A model generated the notes under the pieces. That model had not been told where the DNA came from and searched no databases. It saw only the letters and a program-made list of their open reading frames with translations. A stretch of 64,000 nt of DNA from Botryllus schlosseri (Eukaryota): positions 5,458,001 to 5,522,000 of the forward strand of contig CM119372.1 in assembly GCA_051294905.1 (NCBI GenBank), given 5' to 3'. The position numbers and the translations under genes were made by a program. Numbering within the stretch: position 1 is the first letter of the stretch; the number at the start of each line of letters is the position of its first letter. Of this stretch, positions 1 to 14,400 are shown piece after piece.

Positions 1-2332
1 TGAAAAAGTGTCCTCTTTTTAGATTTCCAAAATATGGTAAGCCTATAATATTCCCATAAAATCGGAATCTTTCGTCTCTGCGGGTCAAGCTCACAGCCGG
101 GTCACGAAACATTCACAAACAGAAAGCTAGATATTTCGAGAAAACTTTTGTAACAAAGCAGGTAAAATTTTAATGAGATTGTCGAAGTGCATGCTCGTCT
201 AGTGTTTATTTTTATGCTGCCAGCGCCATGCGTAGAGTGGCCCGCAGTTTAAATGCAATAAATTTCAAGAAAGATATTATAATGACGTAAAAATTGTAAT
301 AATGAAAAAGGTTCACAGTGCAGAACCTACCAAGGCTCGTTTGTGAACGTGAACCTCTAAATTTTCGAGGTTCACACACAGAACGCGAACGTGAACCTCA
401 CGTTCACACCATCCCTAGTGACCACTCGCGATTTTGGTGCGCACAGTAAGCCTATCATCAAATAGATTAGTCCGGAGTTCACCAGAAATGGACGGACATA
501 GACACTTTAACCTGGGTATTTGGCGTCCAGCAGCTCGTTCATTACGACTCTGCCCTGGAATGCGGCCGTAGGCTACACCAGTAGTCGAAATGCGACCGTG
601 AATGGCAAAAAGGTTGGCCACCCCTGCTTTAGTCATAATCTGGCGTTAGCCCTGCGTATGCGTTGTGATGAATACAAGACGCGGACGTTGTAATTTGGTT
701 TATCACTGTGGATGTGATGGATAATATAATCTGTTTTCAATGTACTCAGAATTGCTATGCGGGCCGGATCCGGCCCACGGGCAGTATATTTGACGTACCT
801 GGCCTAGTTCAATAGAATTTGTTAATACACCTCGCATAGGTCAAATACGTGAGTATGACGTCATAAATGGTGGAAACGCGCGTACCTTATATAGGTGGTA
901 CGCGAGCACTGCATAAAACCTTAAAATGGTACGTATGGGTGGAAAAAGGTTAGGAACCACTGCAGTAAGTGAATGAATTCGTTCTGCATTACATGTTGAC
1001 CGTCGAAACTACAAGTTTTATACTACATCGTCGGTTTGCGAAGTCGAGACAGCATTGTACCACTGCGCTGCGATTGTTAGTCAACAGTGAGGCAAATCCA
1101 TATGTGCCTCACCCGGTCTATGCGCTGTTATCGTACGTAACAAAGCGGAATTCCACATTCCCTGGCGATTTAGTGCTCCGACGTTAATTAAGTTTAGATT
1201 TTCGGAATCAGTACCACAATAGCATTCGATTATTATTAGCAGTTATTATCAATCACGAGCTGTTCATGATGAATTGTGCTATCATCACAGGTGAGGCTTG
1301 GCCCGCGTCTCTGCCTCACCAGTCACTGCTTTCGCGCTATATTTTTGGACAATAAGTAGGCCTAAGCAAACTCCCGAATTTTGTGTTGAAATATCTGAAA
1401 TACGTTCATTCAGAAATATCCAAAGAAAATGCCTAGAATTACTAATTTCATAATAATTGAAGGTTTCATAATTTTCTTATTAACCCTGACGACAGGTGAG
1501 GGACTGCTTCCCTTGACCGCACGTCACTGATCAGTTATCATAGCCTCATCTATATGGTAGGCCAACAGCTAGAAATCGAATATTGTGGGGGTTGCAGACG
1601 CTAATGCGTACTCTGTAACAAATTAGTCGTAGTGATTGTTTTAACAGCTTTTGAGCCGCGGATTCCATTGGTTCGGTTTCCTATTCTTCGAAGATATAAT
1701 GAAATCCCTGTCTTGACCGTGCGAAAGCAAATTTCCGCGTCAAAAAAACGACCCGATTCACCCAAAAATCGCGACTCGAGTCGTTACACCCCATATGGAA
1801 TTTAATAAGTTATGCCATCACCGTTATCAATTCTTGTTTGGATCATGGCTCCTGTGACTGCAAGAAAGCATACATGAACGACCCATAGTACTGTTATACG
1901 GTACGCATGGCAAAAGGATTCCATATTTCTGCGTGAGCATTTTCATCGACATGTCATTACAACTTCTAAATTAGCAAGCTAGAAAGTAACTCTATTAATT
2001 GCAATATCTTTCCAGCGTCAAGCCGACGGTACTAACCAGCCGATTTTCTCCCCGGAAAGCAAGACAAGCAGTACACAATCTAAATTCAGGAGAACATACA
2101 ACATAGAATCATCTCCAAAACGGAGCAAACGGGAAAATATTCGGAACGCAGCTGCGTAAAACATACAAAATCAATTTCAAATCGCAGTTCAAAGCTACAA
2201 AGACAGATTGCATTGGTAAAGAAGGTCAAAATCAATCGCAAAAACCCGTACACACCGACGGGTCTAATTCAAAATCAGGAACGAGACAGTTGAACAGAAC
2301 TATCCGAGCTCTACCGGAGAACGGACGTTGAA

Positions 2333-2474
2333 CTAGAGCGACGTCACATCGTCGCCATTCTTGTCTTTACTCTCTGGCATTTCCTCCATCTGAGCGGCCT
2401 TGTTTTCGTAAGCTTTCTTTTCCGAGAGCGGCGTGTCGGGGGATTTTGACGCGGTGCTGTGGCGGCGCGAGGCG
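2333..2474 (-). CDS. Gene A last exon: cytoplasmic tail ASRRHS...KKAYENKAA...DDVTSL*
   Basis: Acceptor ttccag|C completes the phase-2 codon CT|C from the TM exon. Basic juxtamembrane RRH, then TAG at 2333-2335. Confidence 0.8.
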
Positions 2475-5400
2475 CTGGAATTACCAAAATAGTTTGCGAA
2501 TGAGCCCAGTTGCGGGCAGATCATTTCACGCTGACCAGAAATGGACAACTAGAGTTATCTAGCTGTCTAATTTGATGAGAGCATTATGCCGGTAAAATAA
2601 TCTAATCTAAGTTGAGCAATGCTTCTATGATATAATTTTAATTCTCATCGAATTTCTGGTTTTCCTGAAAATGCTACAGAACTGTACAGTGCGAAATGAA
2701 CCAAGCTTGGTGTAACCCTGTACACTGTACGGCGTTCGCTGGCCTGTAGCAGGAATTAAGGAACATATTGGTATAAATTAATAAAAGTTATAATCATTTT
2801 GTTCAAATCGAAATAATGTCCCTCGCAAACTAACTTCCAAGTTTAGACACTGGTCCAAATATAGAAAAAATTTGAAATTCAAAGATGTTCTTTGCTACAA
2901 ATTTAATCTTCAAATGTATGTCCTTTTTCACTTCTTGTAAACTTCATCCATCAACTTGACTTCTCTTTCTATTATTATGTTAGTGCCAGGACATCTACGA
3001 CGGACATATCCGACTTCCAATGGGGTTTTGAGGCACTTTATCGCTGCAGGACATTCGACCGCAAAGATAGCAGCAAATTATCTTTGGTATATTCTAGAGC
3101 CCGAACGATATTAGATTTTTGGGTCGATACCGATAAAACCGATATCTCACACCAGGGATATCTAGAAACTAGTTCTAGAAGTTCTAGATATCCCTGTCTC
3201 ACACTTTGACCGATAACCCCAATACATTCAGCCGATATTCAAAAGAAGTTGGATGTATACACAAGCACATTTTCAAAGCTTCAGGGCATTTGTTTGAACA
3301 TCGTTACAGCCATTGTTATACTTGAACAAGAAATAAACTGGAAAGCCTGCATCTGGACACCTGTAAAGTGTAAGCTATATGAAATATATCAATATTCTCA
3401 GTCTAGCGGTCAAAGATTATAGTTTTCTGACTTCCTACCAGTGTTGGGATCAAGTCACTACCTTCGAGTCACGAGTCATTTCGAGTCATTGCACATTTTG
3501 ACTCGAGTCAAGTCAAGTCAATCGATTTTCAAAGGTGACTCGAGTCAAGTCAAGTCACTCGATTTTTGGAGGTGACTCGAGTCAAGTCGAGTCAAGTCAA
3601 GTCAAGTCACGAGTCAAGTCACATTTCAAGTCAAGTTGCCTTTTCGATGTATGTATGAGGCATGATTACGTCATTGCAATTTGCTAGCTGTCTGAAATTC
3701 AGTTTGAGTGGTCATTGGTCATTGATTCCGAACCGATGAACGAATATAGGGTTAAATATACACGCAAGAAGGCGCTTTATCGCTCACATATACATAGAAC
3801 TGTTAAACTACGTAATTGCATAGCCTCAGTTTATAGTTACCAGCCAAAATAGAGAATGGGGACACGAATTGATAAGATGCAATACGTTACCCATTTACAA
3901 ATAGATATGATACCATTCGAGCCTGTGCCAATGGTTGAGGACTATATAAACTATATTCGACTTCAATTTCAATAAAACAATCGGCTTGGTTAAGGTAAGA
4001 TGAGAACAAAAATAGACATTTTGCTATTCTATTACTTTACCACTATAGTTGCTTTAAGCTTCGATCACTTCGTTTGCAGTCAATCTATTTGTGAGAGAAC
4101 AATCGAGGCTCTGTGAAATGCACGCTTATTGAATGATTGGTCGCTCGCTCTCAGTCTCACGGGTTACACAAGCGTTTCGCGAACAATCCGAACATATCCA
4201 AGATACAGTGATTTTTATCGACACCGATTACTTAATGACTTGAAATTGACTCGTGAATTTTGCTCCGAGTCACGAGTCAATCCACATTTCTGATACGCCG
4301 AGTCAAGTCAAGTCAAGTCATTTTGGCAAAGTGACTCGAGTCAAGTCAAGTCATGCGAAAAAGGTGACTCGAGTCTGACTCGAGTCAAGTCATGACTCGA
4401 GTCATCCCAACACTGCTTCCTACCGCCATGTTGTGACGTCGCGAAAATTACCGATAATTCTTTCAAAGTGTGATAACGTCCCGATATTATCGGCGAACCG
4501 ATAATCGGCGAACCGATAATCGGTTAGGCTCCAGTATATTCCATCCATACACATCTGGTTAGAATACCAGACTTCCTGACGATGAATAAGCATGATATCT
4601 CAAAGAGTTATTCTCCATCTGGGGACTTGGAAGTACGGAATTATAGCCCTTTGAGCTTCATCTCGCATTGCGTAGAGATGGAAGTTTATGTCATTTGACT
4701 AGTGGTAATCTATTATTTTCTCTGAAAGAGCAGCATGCTCTGCACAGCACATAGATCAACTTAAAATCATTCCTCTATCCTCGGTTTTCTAATATTTTCA
4801 TTTGAAATTCTGGCTTGGTGGATTGTACCAAGTTTTTGTAGTGTTTTACCATTTCATCCCCAAATTTGTAGCTGAGAGTTGCATTTGTTGAGGATGTTGG
4901 ATTGAAAAACTCTGACATATGCTTTAATATTATATTATGTTGGCAACCAATGTATTGTGGTTTATGTAAACCCTAGCTCATCATTGCATTTTGCAGTTTC
5001 ACAACAACGCCATTCCGCCGCCCAGTATCAACAGATTCTGAGTCACATATGATATGACATTTTCATCATATTCCTCTAATCAGTTTTCTAGACCGGTGAA
5101 AATATGTTGAGTTGTTCTACTTTCGCCTTTTCGAGCACCCAGTTTGATTTGTGTCAGACAAATTGAAATTATACGATATATACAGTCTACATCTAAAATC
5201 GAAATTAATAATTATTTAGTAATTATTCAATTTTTACTGTAAGCAAGAAAACGATCAGATTAATTCAATCTGGGCAATCACGATTTTCAAAATACTATTT
5301 TAAATCTTCGCAATTGGAATTGTGTCCGTTAAATTCGTATCAGTCGCTATATATATTATATAGTCTGTATCTACAAAAAAAGCCTATCCTTCATACAGTG

Positions 5401-8400
5401 AAAACTGGAAAATTTTTGTGCGGGAGGTTTTTCTTGAACCAGTCCTAACTTTTGTTCATTTTGAAGTCAGGACACAAAAGTTCATCGTTTGTGACTACAG
5501 GACACACAAAATTTGGAATTTTTGTTTTCTAGCGAAATTTTCAATTTTTTATTTTCTGTAATAAATTAAAATTTTTAATTGGATCTGCGGAGTCCTGCAC
5601 TTGTTAGAATTGAACCAAATTTGGTGTGCAGCGTTTTATAGGGTAAACTGACAATTTAATCCGTGAATGGCTGAAATCCGGGAAAAAAAAGTTATTTTTG
5701 AACAGCCCTAACGTACAGCCATGACATTCCCATGCTTATGAGAAGGAAAGTCTCTGATTTGATATGAACTGAACTTGATTTTTGTTATTTTTTTCTAGAT
5801 TATTTTTCGAAATTATTAATTCGTAATTTAATTCAATTTACAAGTTTTTGCGAATTCAGAAATTCGAACTATAATCCAATTGGGAGCTCGTGAGGCTCAA
5901 GACGTGCGTTGCTTAAAACTAGAAAGTGCAAATCACCATCCAAAATACTCATTTTGCTCGACCAGAGTAGCAAGCGAGCCAGCATTTACGTATGATACGC
6001 CAGTCGCACGGTATAATCAAATAGTTAAATTCTGTAAATTGGTAGATATTCAAACCTAATTTTTGTCTGCGTTTTAAATCAATCATTATATATGGTAAGG
6101 AAGCATACCACCGCGTTGACGACGCCTTCTAGCGCAGTGCTTTCCAACCGGTGGGTTGCGATGAATTTCTAAATGCTACAGTTTTCTATTCCATTTGCCA
6201 GATATACTGAAAATGAACACCTATCTTCTCACGATTAGGCGGGCCGTTCTCCTCCTCTGATTTAAATTGTTTTGTGTCGATAAGTGCCGTGCTCTCAATA
6301 ATTCATGAGCCAGCCGGCTGTCTGTACCAGTCATCTTGATAGGTTGGAGCGTGGAATTGGACAGTGTTTTTGTATGCCTTAAAATTGAAATTCATTCCTT
6401 CCCACAAAGTTTTTGCGAACGTTGATAGGAAAATGCAATCCAGCCAGGTTATAATCAGCAAACAATTGCCGCGACGCAAGCCATACCAGGAACCCTTTTT
6501 GTGTTCGACGTAAAACACGAGTTACTGCTTGAATACACGCTTTCTCGTTTGTAATCAACTATTACAGTGATTCTCAAACTTTTTCAGACACGCCCCCATT
6601 TATGATAGTGAAATATTTCGCGCCCTCCTTATCGTCACATCGCAAAATGCAACGAGAATGCTGGCAATCCTAACAAATAGTTTGATGGCATGGGAGGTTA
6701 TGACTGTTGATGAGAAAGCTCTCAAATATGGAATTAGGACTATACACACAGCAATCACCATGGATTTTTCATTTGATTGCAGCTTCGCGCCCCCTTCCAG
6801 ATGCTTTCACGCCAACCCGTTAGAGAACCACTGATCCATTACATGTATTCTTGTCTCCTTGATACACTCGTATTCTCGAATGGCCGCGCAATTTCACTTA
6901 TGAGAGTCTAATTTAACCCGTTACTCACACGACTCATAGTATGTCGCATTACGTTCTCATTCGTTCGGTCGTATCTCATAGTGGGTCGCATAATGAAACT
7001 TGCATTAGGAGAGGGTCACGAACAGAAAAAGGTTATGAACAACTGCTTTAGCATACCCTAAAAATCATCACGTCCAACAGCCTGGAGCTGCAGAAATAGT
7101 TTGCCGGACAGTTGAGATTGCGACACTCGAGAATGTGACTTTATCCCCCAAAACTAAACCCTAACCCCATCATCATTCGCATTCCAACGTAACCACGAAT
7201 CTAACCTTAGCTCAAGTCATGCATAAGCTTATCATGCTTAATTGCTCATCGCTCATTTGTCCAGTGTAGACGGGCTATCGTAATCACCCGACCGCGTCAT
7301 TTAACCAGCAACCGCTCGCCACCCGCTGACAGCTTTTTTTACACGATCTAAACCAGTGCTCTTCCATCTTTTTTGGTGAGGTGCCCACTTGCATGTGCTG
7401 TGACGAAATCGCGCACCCTTTTTAACGAGCAGCCACTAAAGGTCAATTTGACAGCCAGATCCGCAGAAACAGGGACTAGATACAACATACTCATCAACGT
7501 TCACAGATCTTTTAAAAAAAGTTGATCTCCGCGTGTCAGCCTAATCGCGGCCTATTTTGAGAGTCGTCTGTTGAAAAGGTTAGCATCTTCGCAAGGGTCA
7601 GTTTTGAGCCGACTTTGGTTGTCTAAATTTACTAAGTAGAGCGAAATACTGGTAATATAATTCTAATCTCATTTGTTAAATGTTTCTGCGCATTAATTCG
7701 AATTCTAATCTAATTTCTGATTTCACCGACAGTGTTTCAGAAGGACTGTGCAGCGTGAAACTATACAGGCTTGAAGTACAGACATTTGCTATTCTCATCC
7801 TTATGAGAATTGAAACTGATTTGCTACAAACTGAACTCGAATCAGCATGTTTTCGTGAATTCAGTAATGCTAATTCTAATCCAATACGGACAAACAGGTG
7901 TAGCTATATTTATAAGCAATGTTCCCTCTACTTTTTGACGAGTCTGCGCGCACTTACCAGCTCACTGCGCGGTCCCCTTGGACAACAGTGCGTAACGACC
8001 AAAATAAAGGTCATCACTTTGTATTTTTTGTGCGCAGCTCAAAGTGAACATTGATTATAATTCTAGTCTAGTCAGATTTGGAAAAACTCTCTGCTTTTGA
8101 GCGTAATTATTCTCATGCACCCCATGTATATTTTGATGCACTTAACCGGTCGAAGAGCACTGATCTAGACGAGGTCGAAACGTGTACTTACAGCGCCCAG
8201 CCGATGCCGGCGAAAAGGCAAGCTCCCGCGATCGATCCGAAAACGATCCCCACGATCTCACCGCTGCTGAGTTCTAAACGCGAGCGACAACATTTACGAG
8301 ACGCTTCCACCGATCGAAAACCAAGCCGCATCACCTCCGCCACTCCCGCCTTTCACGATCACTCCGATTTCAGCGCCATCTACCCGGTAGCTCTCCCCGG

Positions 8401-11400
8401 ATATCCTCTGCACAGCCGAGAACTGATACTCTCCGGCGTCCTCGAGGGTCACGTCGTACCTCGTGTAGACATACAGCCGCCTGCCGTCGACTACTGTGTA
8501 GTCGTTCGCGTCTGCAGCTGCCCAACGCGGAGTGCGTATGCTGACTGATACGTCGAACGGGTCGGACATGGCGTATACGTATGCACTGATTTGGAGGAAT
8601 TCGTCTCCTTCTGTGAGGGTGTACGCTGTCCTTTCAGGTTCCACGACTACGGAGAATACTATAAGGGAATAGAAAAAGAGAGAGAGACTTTATTTTCATC
8701 CAACTGAACTTACATCACAATCGACTAATATATTCATATTGAAATAAAGCTGAATATTTTCTGCTGACACTCGTCAGTTGTAAACGTCAGCAATTAGTGG
8801 AGAATTAGAAAGAAAAATGTTGTGATACGATTGTTGATATAGAATGTTCGTTCTAATTCTCCGCTACTTGCTGGCGATTACCCCTGACGAGAGTGAGCCA
8901 AAAATATTCGGGTTCATTTCAATATGAATATACTATTTGTGATGCTTGCGTATGGTGTCAAGGTGTTGGTTAGTGTAATTAGTTTACTTCTGTCTGTGAA
9001 ATCTGTTCGTTCCTCAGTTGCTCACGTCAGCTCATTTCAGTCGGTTATTTTACGTAGGCAATCGATTTCTTTGCAAAGGGACTATTTTTCTTACTTTTGC
9101 GAGGACTAGGACACAGACAGAACATTAACGAACAGGGAATCGCGCGTTGCTGTATAAAGTCAAACTGACAGTAGAAACGACAGATTTGGAAACTTCACTG
9201 TAAATCAGACTTGTACCAAGTACCAACTACCAATCTAGTTATTTGACAGTTTGCTTACCACTGTTTCTTCAGTAGTTCTGATTGCAGATTTTTAAAAGTG
9301 AGTAATTCTTGTTCTAGTTGCACATTTCAAAAAATTTAGCTGCAGAACTAGAAAAACACGCGTCGTTATTTGGTGTGAATCGTGATACTGTCGATGTTCT
9401 TGTAGCCATTGCTAGCTCAGAGTCATCACAACTAACAGCCAAGAATTGGATTAGGGGGTCGAGACCCCTTCCATTTCAAACTTATACAGATGTTCATGTG
9501 ACCAAACTCTCTGATTATGATGATATAAAAATCAATGAGTTGCTTCGGAATTGAATGTAGTTAGTTGCGTGTTAGTGAGTTGGTTGTGGATTTTCAGAGG
9601 TCATTAGTTACAGTTCTAGTTGCGAGTTTTGAAAATCCATGGGTTTGGAGGATTTGTATTTCTGTTTCAAAAAAATCGAAAATGACCTCCGACTCCGAGG
9701 ACGTCCAAATATCCTCCTTTTTGGCAATTCGTCCTCCTTCATAGCTTTGACAGCTCGGCGATTGTACCAGTACAGGCACAACTAAAAAAAGGCATAATGA
9801 CACGAAAAAACTGTATTTCGACGGCAGTGACGGCAAGTATGAACACAATCTGATGTTAGAGCGGGTCTTGCGGGAGCGGGTTTTTTCGGGAGTAGATTCG
9901 GAAAATGACCTCTTTTTTTAGTCGACGAGAGTATTCCCAAAAAATTACCCGTTTTCCTGTTCGATTTTTAAGTTTTTTTTATTTGTAAAAAGTGTCCTCT
10001 TTTCTGGTTCTCAACAATATGCTAACCCTACTGCTGTTACAAACTAGGTTGGCGAATGTTGATAAAAGTCGACTCCAAGGCACAAAAATGAAAGTGTGAA
10101 CGGCGTCTCCTGTGTAATTGGTTATCATAGATAATATAATTCGAATTATTCAAAATCAACCCGCACATCTAGTGGCTAGGGAAAAGCGGTGTTCCACACA
10201 TCTTCGAGATATCGGATGAGTCAACATGCAAACTTGATATTTTTTCAAACCAACCTTCCAGTGTAGTTTCGTCCGTAACGTTGTAGGTGTACTGATTGTA
10301 GATTATCTCCGTCAACCGGAATACATACTGCCCCTGGTCACTCTCGTATTCGACACTGGGAATCGTGTAAAAGTACGTCCGCACGCCGGGATTATCCCCG
10401 CTCTCTGTCCAGCTTTCGACCGGTAACGTTCCGAGTGTGGGCGTGTCAACTTCCATCAGGACTAACCAAGTACGCGTCGTGATGGAAACGGACATTCTGA
10501 CCTCGCCGCCAGGCTCGCCGACGTACGGGCTAGTTATGGGCTGTATGGCAGCCGTGAACACTGTAAATGCATGAAATGTATACGTTTTTATTGTGGGTAG
10601 GTTGTTTTCGATAAAATACATGATATGGCAATATATATTAGTTTACTGTAGACAGGTAATCGAACGAAAGTAAGAAATGATTACTGCTGCTGCTCAGGTA
10701 GCAAATGACAATACGAAACAGCAATTCTAAGTTTGGAGGCTACTCACGATTCCAACCCAAGCATTCTTCATTGTCTTTCTTAACTAATAAATGTATGGCG
10801 CAAGTACAAATGGGTCCAGCGACTCAAGCACTCGAATCATAGACGAATATCCATCGTTATGATTTCATTAGTGAAAGTCTATTAAATAATGGAAATGCAC
10901 GCTTTCACACCAGAAGACGACAATAAATATAGTTTCAATGCTACATCAACATCGTTGAAGTCTCTAGACATTGGTTAGCCGTGTCTCTGCATCAGTTAAT
11001 ATATGGTTAGATTCAGAATTTCAACGCCTAACCAACTACTCCACGAAGCTAGGCGAGAGTAGGGCAACCGAGCGTGTATATAATCAAGAAGACGAGATAA
11101 CTTTGTTGTAAAAATGAACACCATGCTTCTCGTTAATCGACCGCGCGCAACACTGGTAATACGACTTACTGAATATTATCGTCAGAATGGATATTTAAAA
11201 AGGACGGGGTTTCGCGTTTCAAAATGGGGGTTATTCAGCATCTATTATTCAATTCTGCCACATTTTGTAGTCACTCCTTTGTGACGGCATCTAGCCCGCA
11301 TACCTCCGTAAAATCAGAGTATTCAGATTCCAGCCCTATTGATAAACATATTACGACACAATGCAATTGATACCACAATGTACCGCAACACCAACGCGTA

Positions 11401-14400
11401 TAACGACAACGGTGCAGCCACTTCGGCGTGCACAAGATCGCAAGATGCATAACTAGCTGAATCCCGAAGCATTGGTATTCCATTGAAAAAATATTTCGCA
11501 CCAAACCCACTTACCGTGAAGGGAGAACGGGGTACGCTTCTCCTCTCCAAAAGCATCGGTCGCGACAGCTTCATAATCCCCATGGTTTACGTCGTAGTCA
11601 AGGTCGGTGATGTCATATTCGTAGTATCTCTGAGTGTTTAGATCTCCGTATCTGTACTTGGTCACAGGCACTTGCGATCCGGACGGGGTGACAACATGCA
11701 CCGACACGCCCTCCCATCGTCCGCTTGTCACAACCATTATATCGATCGTGGTGTCCTCGCCGGACACAGCCGTGTATCTGCCCTCCTCGACAACAGGACT
11801 TATCGCAAATTCTATCACAAAGAAAACGGGTTGTTTGCTTTCGATATTTCCTATTTCAAACGGACGCTCACGGTCTTTTTCAGCTATCCTCGAAACAAAG
11901 TGTTCCAAAACTAGATCCACTTCCAAATATGGAATCGCGGCGCCCGACGAACTGAAATAATACAGATTTGGGAATAGCGCCCGTGTTACATAATGCAGCA
12001 CATGAGTGATTGAACAGTGCAAAACCCAAACCCCACTGGCGTGGTGTGGAATAACTTACCATCTGCACTCCGCATTCTACATTTTGTGAGTTTAAAAAAT
12101 ATGTTTCGACTGTCTGCTCTCAATCTACTGCTAAATTGTGTTCTGCCTAATGCCTAACGACCAATGACCTTAGTTTATTTACTCCATATCCAAGTATTTC
12201 CCACGATGCTGCATTTTTTCCCATTCATTTGCATTATTGTTGGTTAATCTGAACTTCCGAGTGTACCGCCTTCCGTAGTAAGAAGCTCTTGGCCTGGTTG
12301 GCTCGCATACGATGACTGGTACATTGAGCTTCCCATTATTAGCCCAGTGGTTCTCAAGCTTTTTCACTGTGGGAGCCATTTTATGAACCTCAACTCTGTC
12401 GGGAGCCGCATGATGGCACGAATAACGTAATTTATTGAGAATAGAAAAATATCATCAAAAATGGTATCAACGAAATGGTGTACGGCTAAAATAGCGACGG
12501 CCTTAATAGCGACGGCCAAAACACCGACTGGCCACAACAGCGACGGCCATAACAGCGACGGCCAAAACCGCGATTGGCTCAAACAGCGACGGCCAAAACA
12601 AATACGACAATTTCCCCAGACGACACTGTGACAGCGGGCACTCCCCATACGGACAACTTCCGAAACGACGTTACCCAGCCACGTCCCTTCACCGATGGTA
12701 TACCGAGGTATACCCTTCACCGTTGAAGCCGATTGCGGATGATTTACAATTTACATTCTTCCAGATAGTAAATAGATAGTGATCACCACAGATTTAGCGT
12801 CACAACATGTTTATTGAGACTTAATCCACAATCTTTCTGAGTTCCGAGAGCATGTGAATTGAGTTTGGATGAACAAGGCGTGACGCTAAATCTGTGGTGA
12901 TCACTATCTATTTTGCAACTTAGTGCGAAACTTGAAATTGAATTTGATTTTTCACAAGTTTGTCATAACGAGGTTTCATCGTGGAGGAAGCTGTGCACAA
13001 GAGCTGTTTCAGATGACGATCAGTCAATCGGTTGCGATATTTGCTTTTGATCCTCACTAATTTGCTGAAAAGGGCTTCACATACATAGGTTGAACCGAAC
13101 ATGCAGGCATTCTTCGATGCGTTAGCTATCAGGTTGGGGTATTTTTCTTCAGGAACAGCACCCCAAAATTCAAGGAGTCCATTGCTTTGAAACAACAGTC
13201 GCAATTCTATATCGGACTGCAAGTCCAGCAGTTCCATCTGAAAAATATCAGGGGCAGTGGCGGCATCTACTGCCATTGGGTTTGAAAATATATTCATCAG
13301 GGGTACGGAATGATGCATTCCCTCTATTCGACGTTTAAACCCGTCAATCAAGGTACTAATAACCTGGTCATATGTTTTGAATGATCCATTCTGTCGGTGG
13401 TTTGAAAGCGTTACAAAATGTGTCGTAACACCCTCCTCTAGGTGCTTTCTCCAAAGACACAATTTCTCAATGAAACCAGACACTGTCCCGTACCAGGCGT
13501 GACAGAGCTTGTTATTTCCTTGTAAGTTCCGATTTAGTGACGACAGGTGTGAGGTAATATCCACCATGAACGCCAAGTCAGCAACCCAGTGTTCGTTTCC
13601 CAACTGAGGGATGTCTTTCTTTCCTTCGACAAATATTTTAATCTCAGGAAGTAGCGCGTAAAATCTTTTGAGGCATGCAGCTCGGCTTAGCCATCGTACA
13701 GCGGTGAACATGATCAAGTCTCCATGGTCAGCATCAATATCGGTGAGAAAAGCCTTGAATTTTCGATGGTTAAGTGCGTTTGCTCGAATCCAATTTACGG
13801 TCGATATTACTATATCTGTCACATTGGACATCTTTAATGATTTAGCAACAAGACTTTCCTGGTGTATAATGCAGTGTTGCCAAGTCACAGCGTCAAGATT
13901 CTGTTCAGCACGCCATTTGTTGACGAGTCCTTGAAGACCTAGATTTTTGCCGAGCATTGCTGGGCAGCCATCTGTCGCCAATGAATATAATTTCGATGGG
14001 TCTAAATGCGCTTCTTGAAGAGTAGCATGAAATTCACGAAACATGTCGGTTCCCTTCGTTGTGCCATGAATAGATCGCAAAGTAAGAAACTCCTCGCAAA
14101 TCTTGAAATCTGGCATGACTCCCCGGATGAATACAGCTAATTGCTCTATGTCGGTAATGTCGTTAGTGCTGTCAAGAGCAAGCGAGTAGTAAGAAAAATC
14201 TTGCGACTTGTGAATAAGTTGCTCATGCAGATCTTGGGATATGCAATCGACACGACGCGTTACTGTATCATTGCTAAGCTGCAATTTTTTAGCTTTCTGC
14301 TGAATGGCAGGAGAACAATTGTCTTCGGTAAACAAAACAATAGCCTGCTTCGTAATTTCGCCATCAGAATATGGCTTCATATTGCTGGCCAATAGATGAC

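Larger units (their letters stand above)
3095..4533. mobile_element. Non-autonomous hAT-like element hosting two nested insertions
   Basis: Imperfect TIRs TAGAGCCCGAACGATA and TGGAGCCTAACCGAT (rc), ACCGATA subterminal repeats, perfect TSD GTATATTC. Confidence 0.8.

Noticed and set aside
3450..3640. Regular GACTCGAGTCAAGTCAAGT repeats resembling a CRISPR or iteron array
   Set aside because: No constant repeat-spacer period. They are MITE subterminal arrays bounded by TIRs and TSDs in eukaryotic DNA.
8078..8548. Plus-strand 156-aa ORF and similar antisense ORFs (11634-11960, 17472-18044, 40418-41362)
   Set aside because: These are shadows of real minus-strand coding sequence with no motifs of their own.
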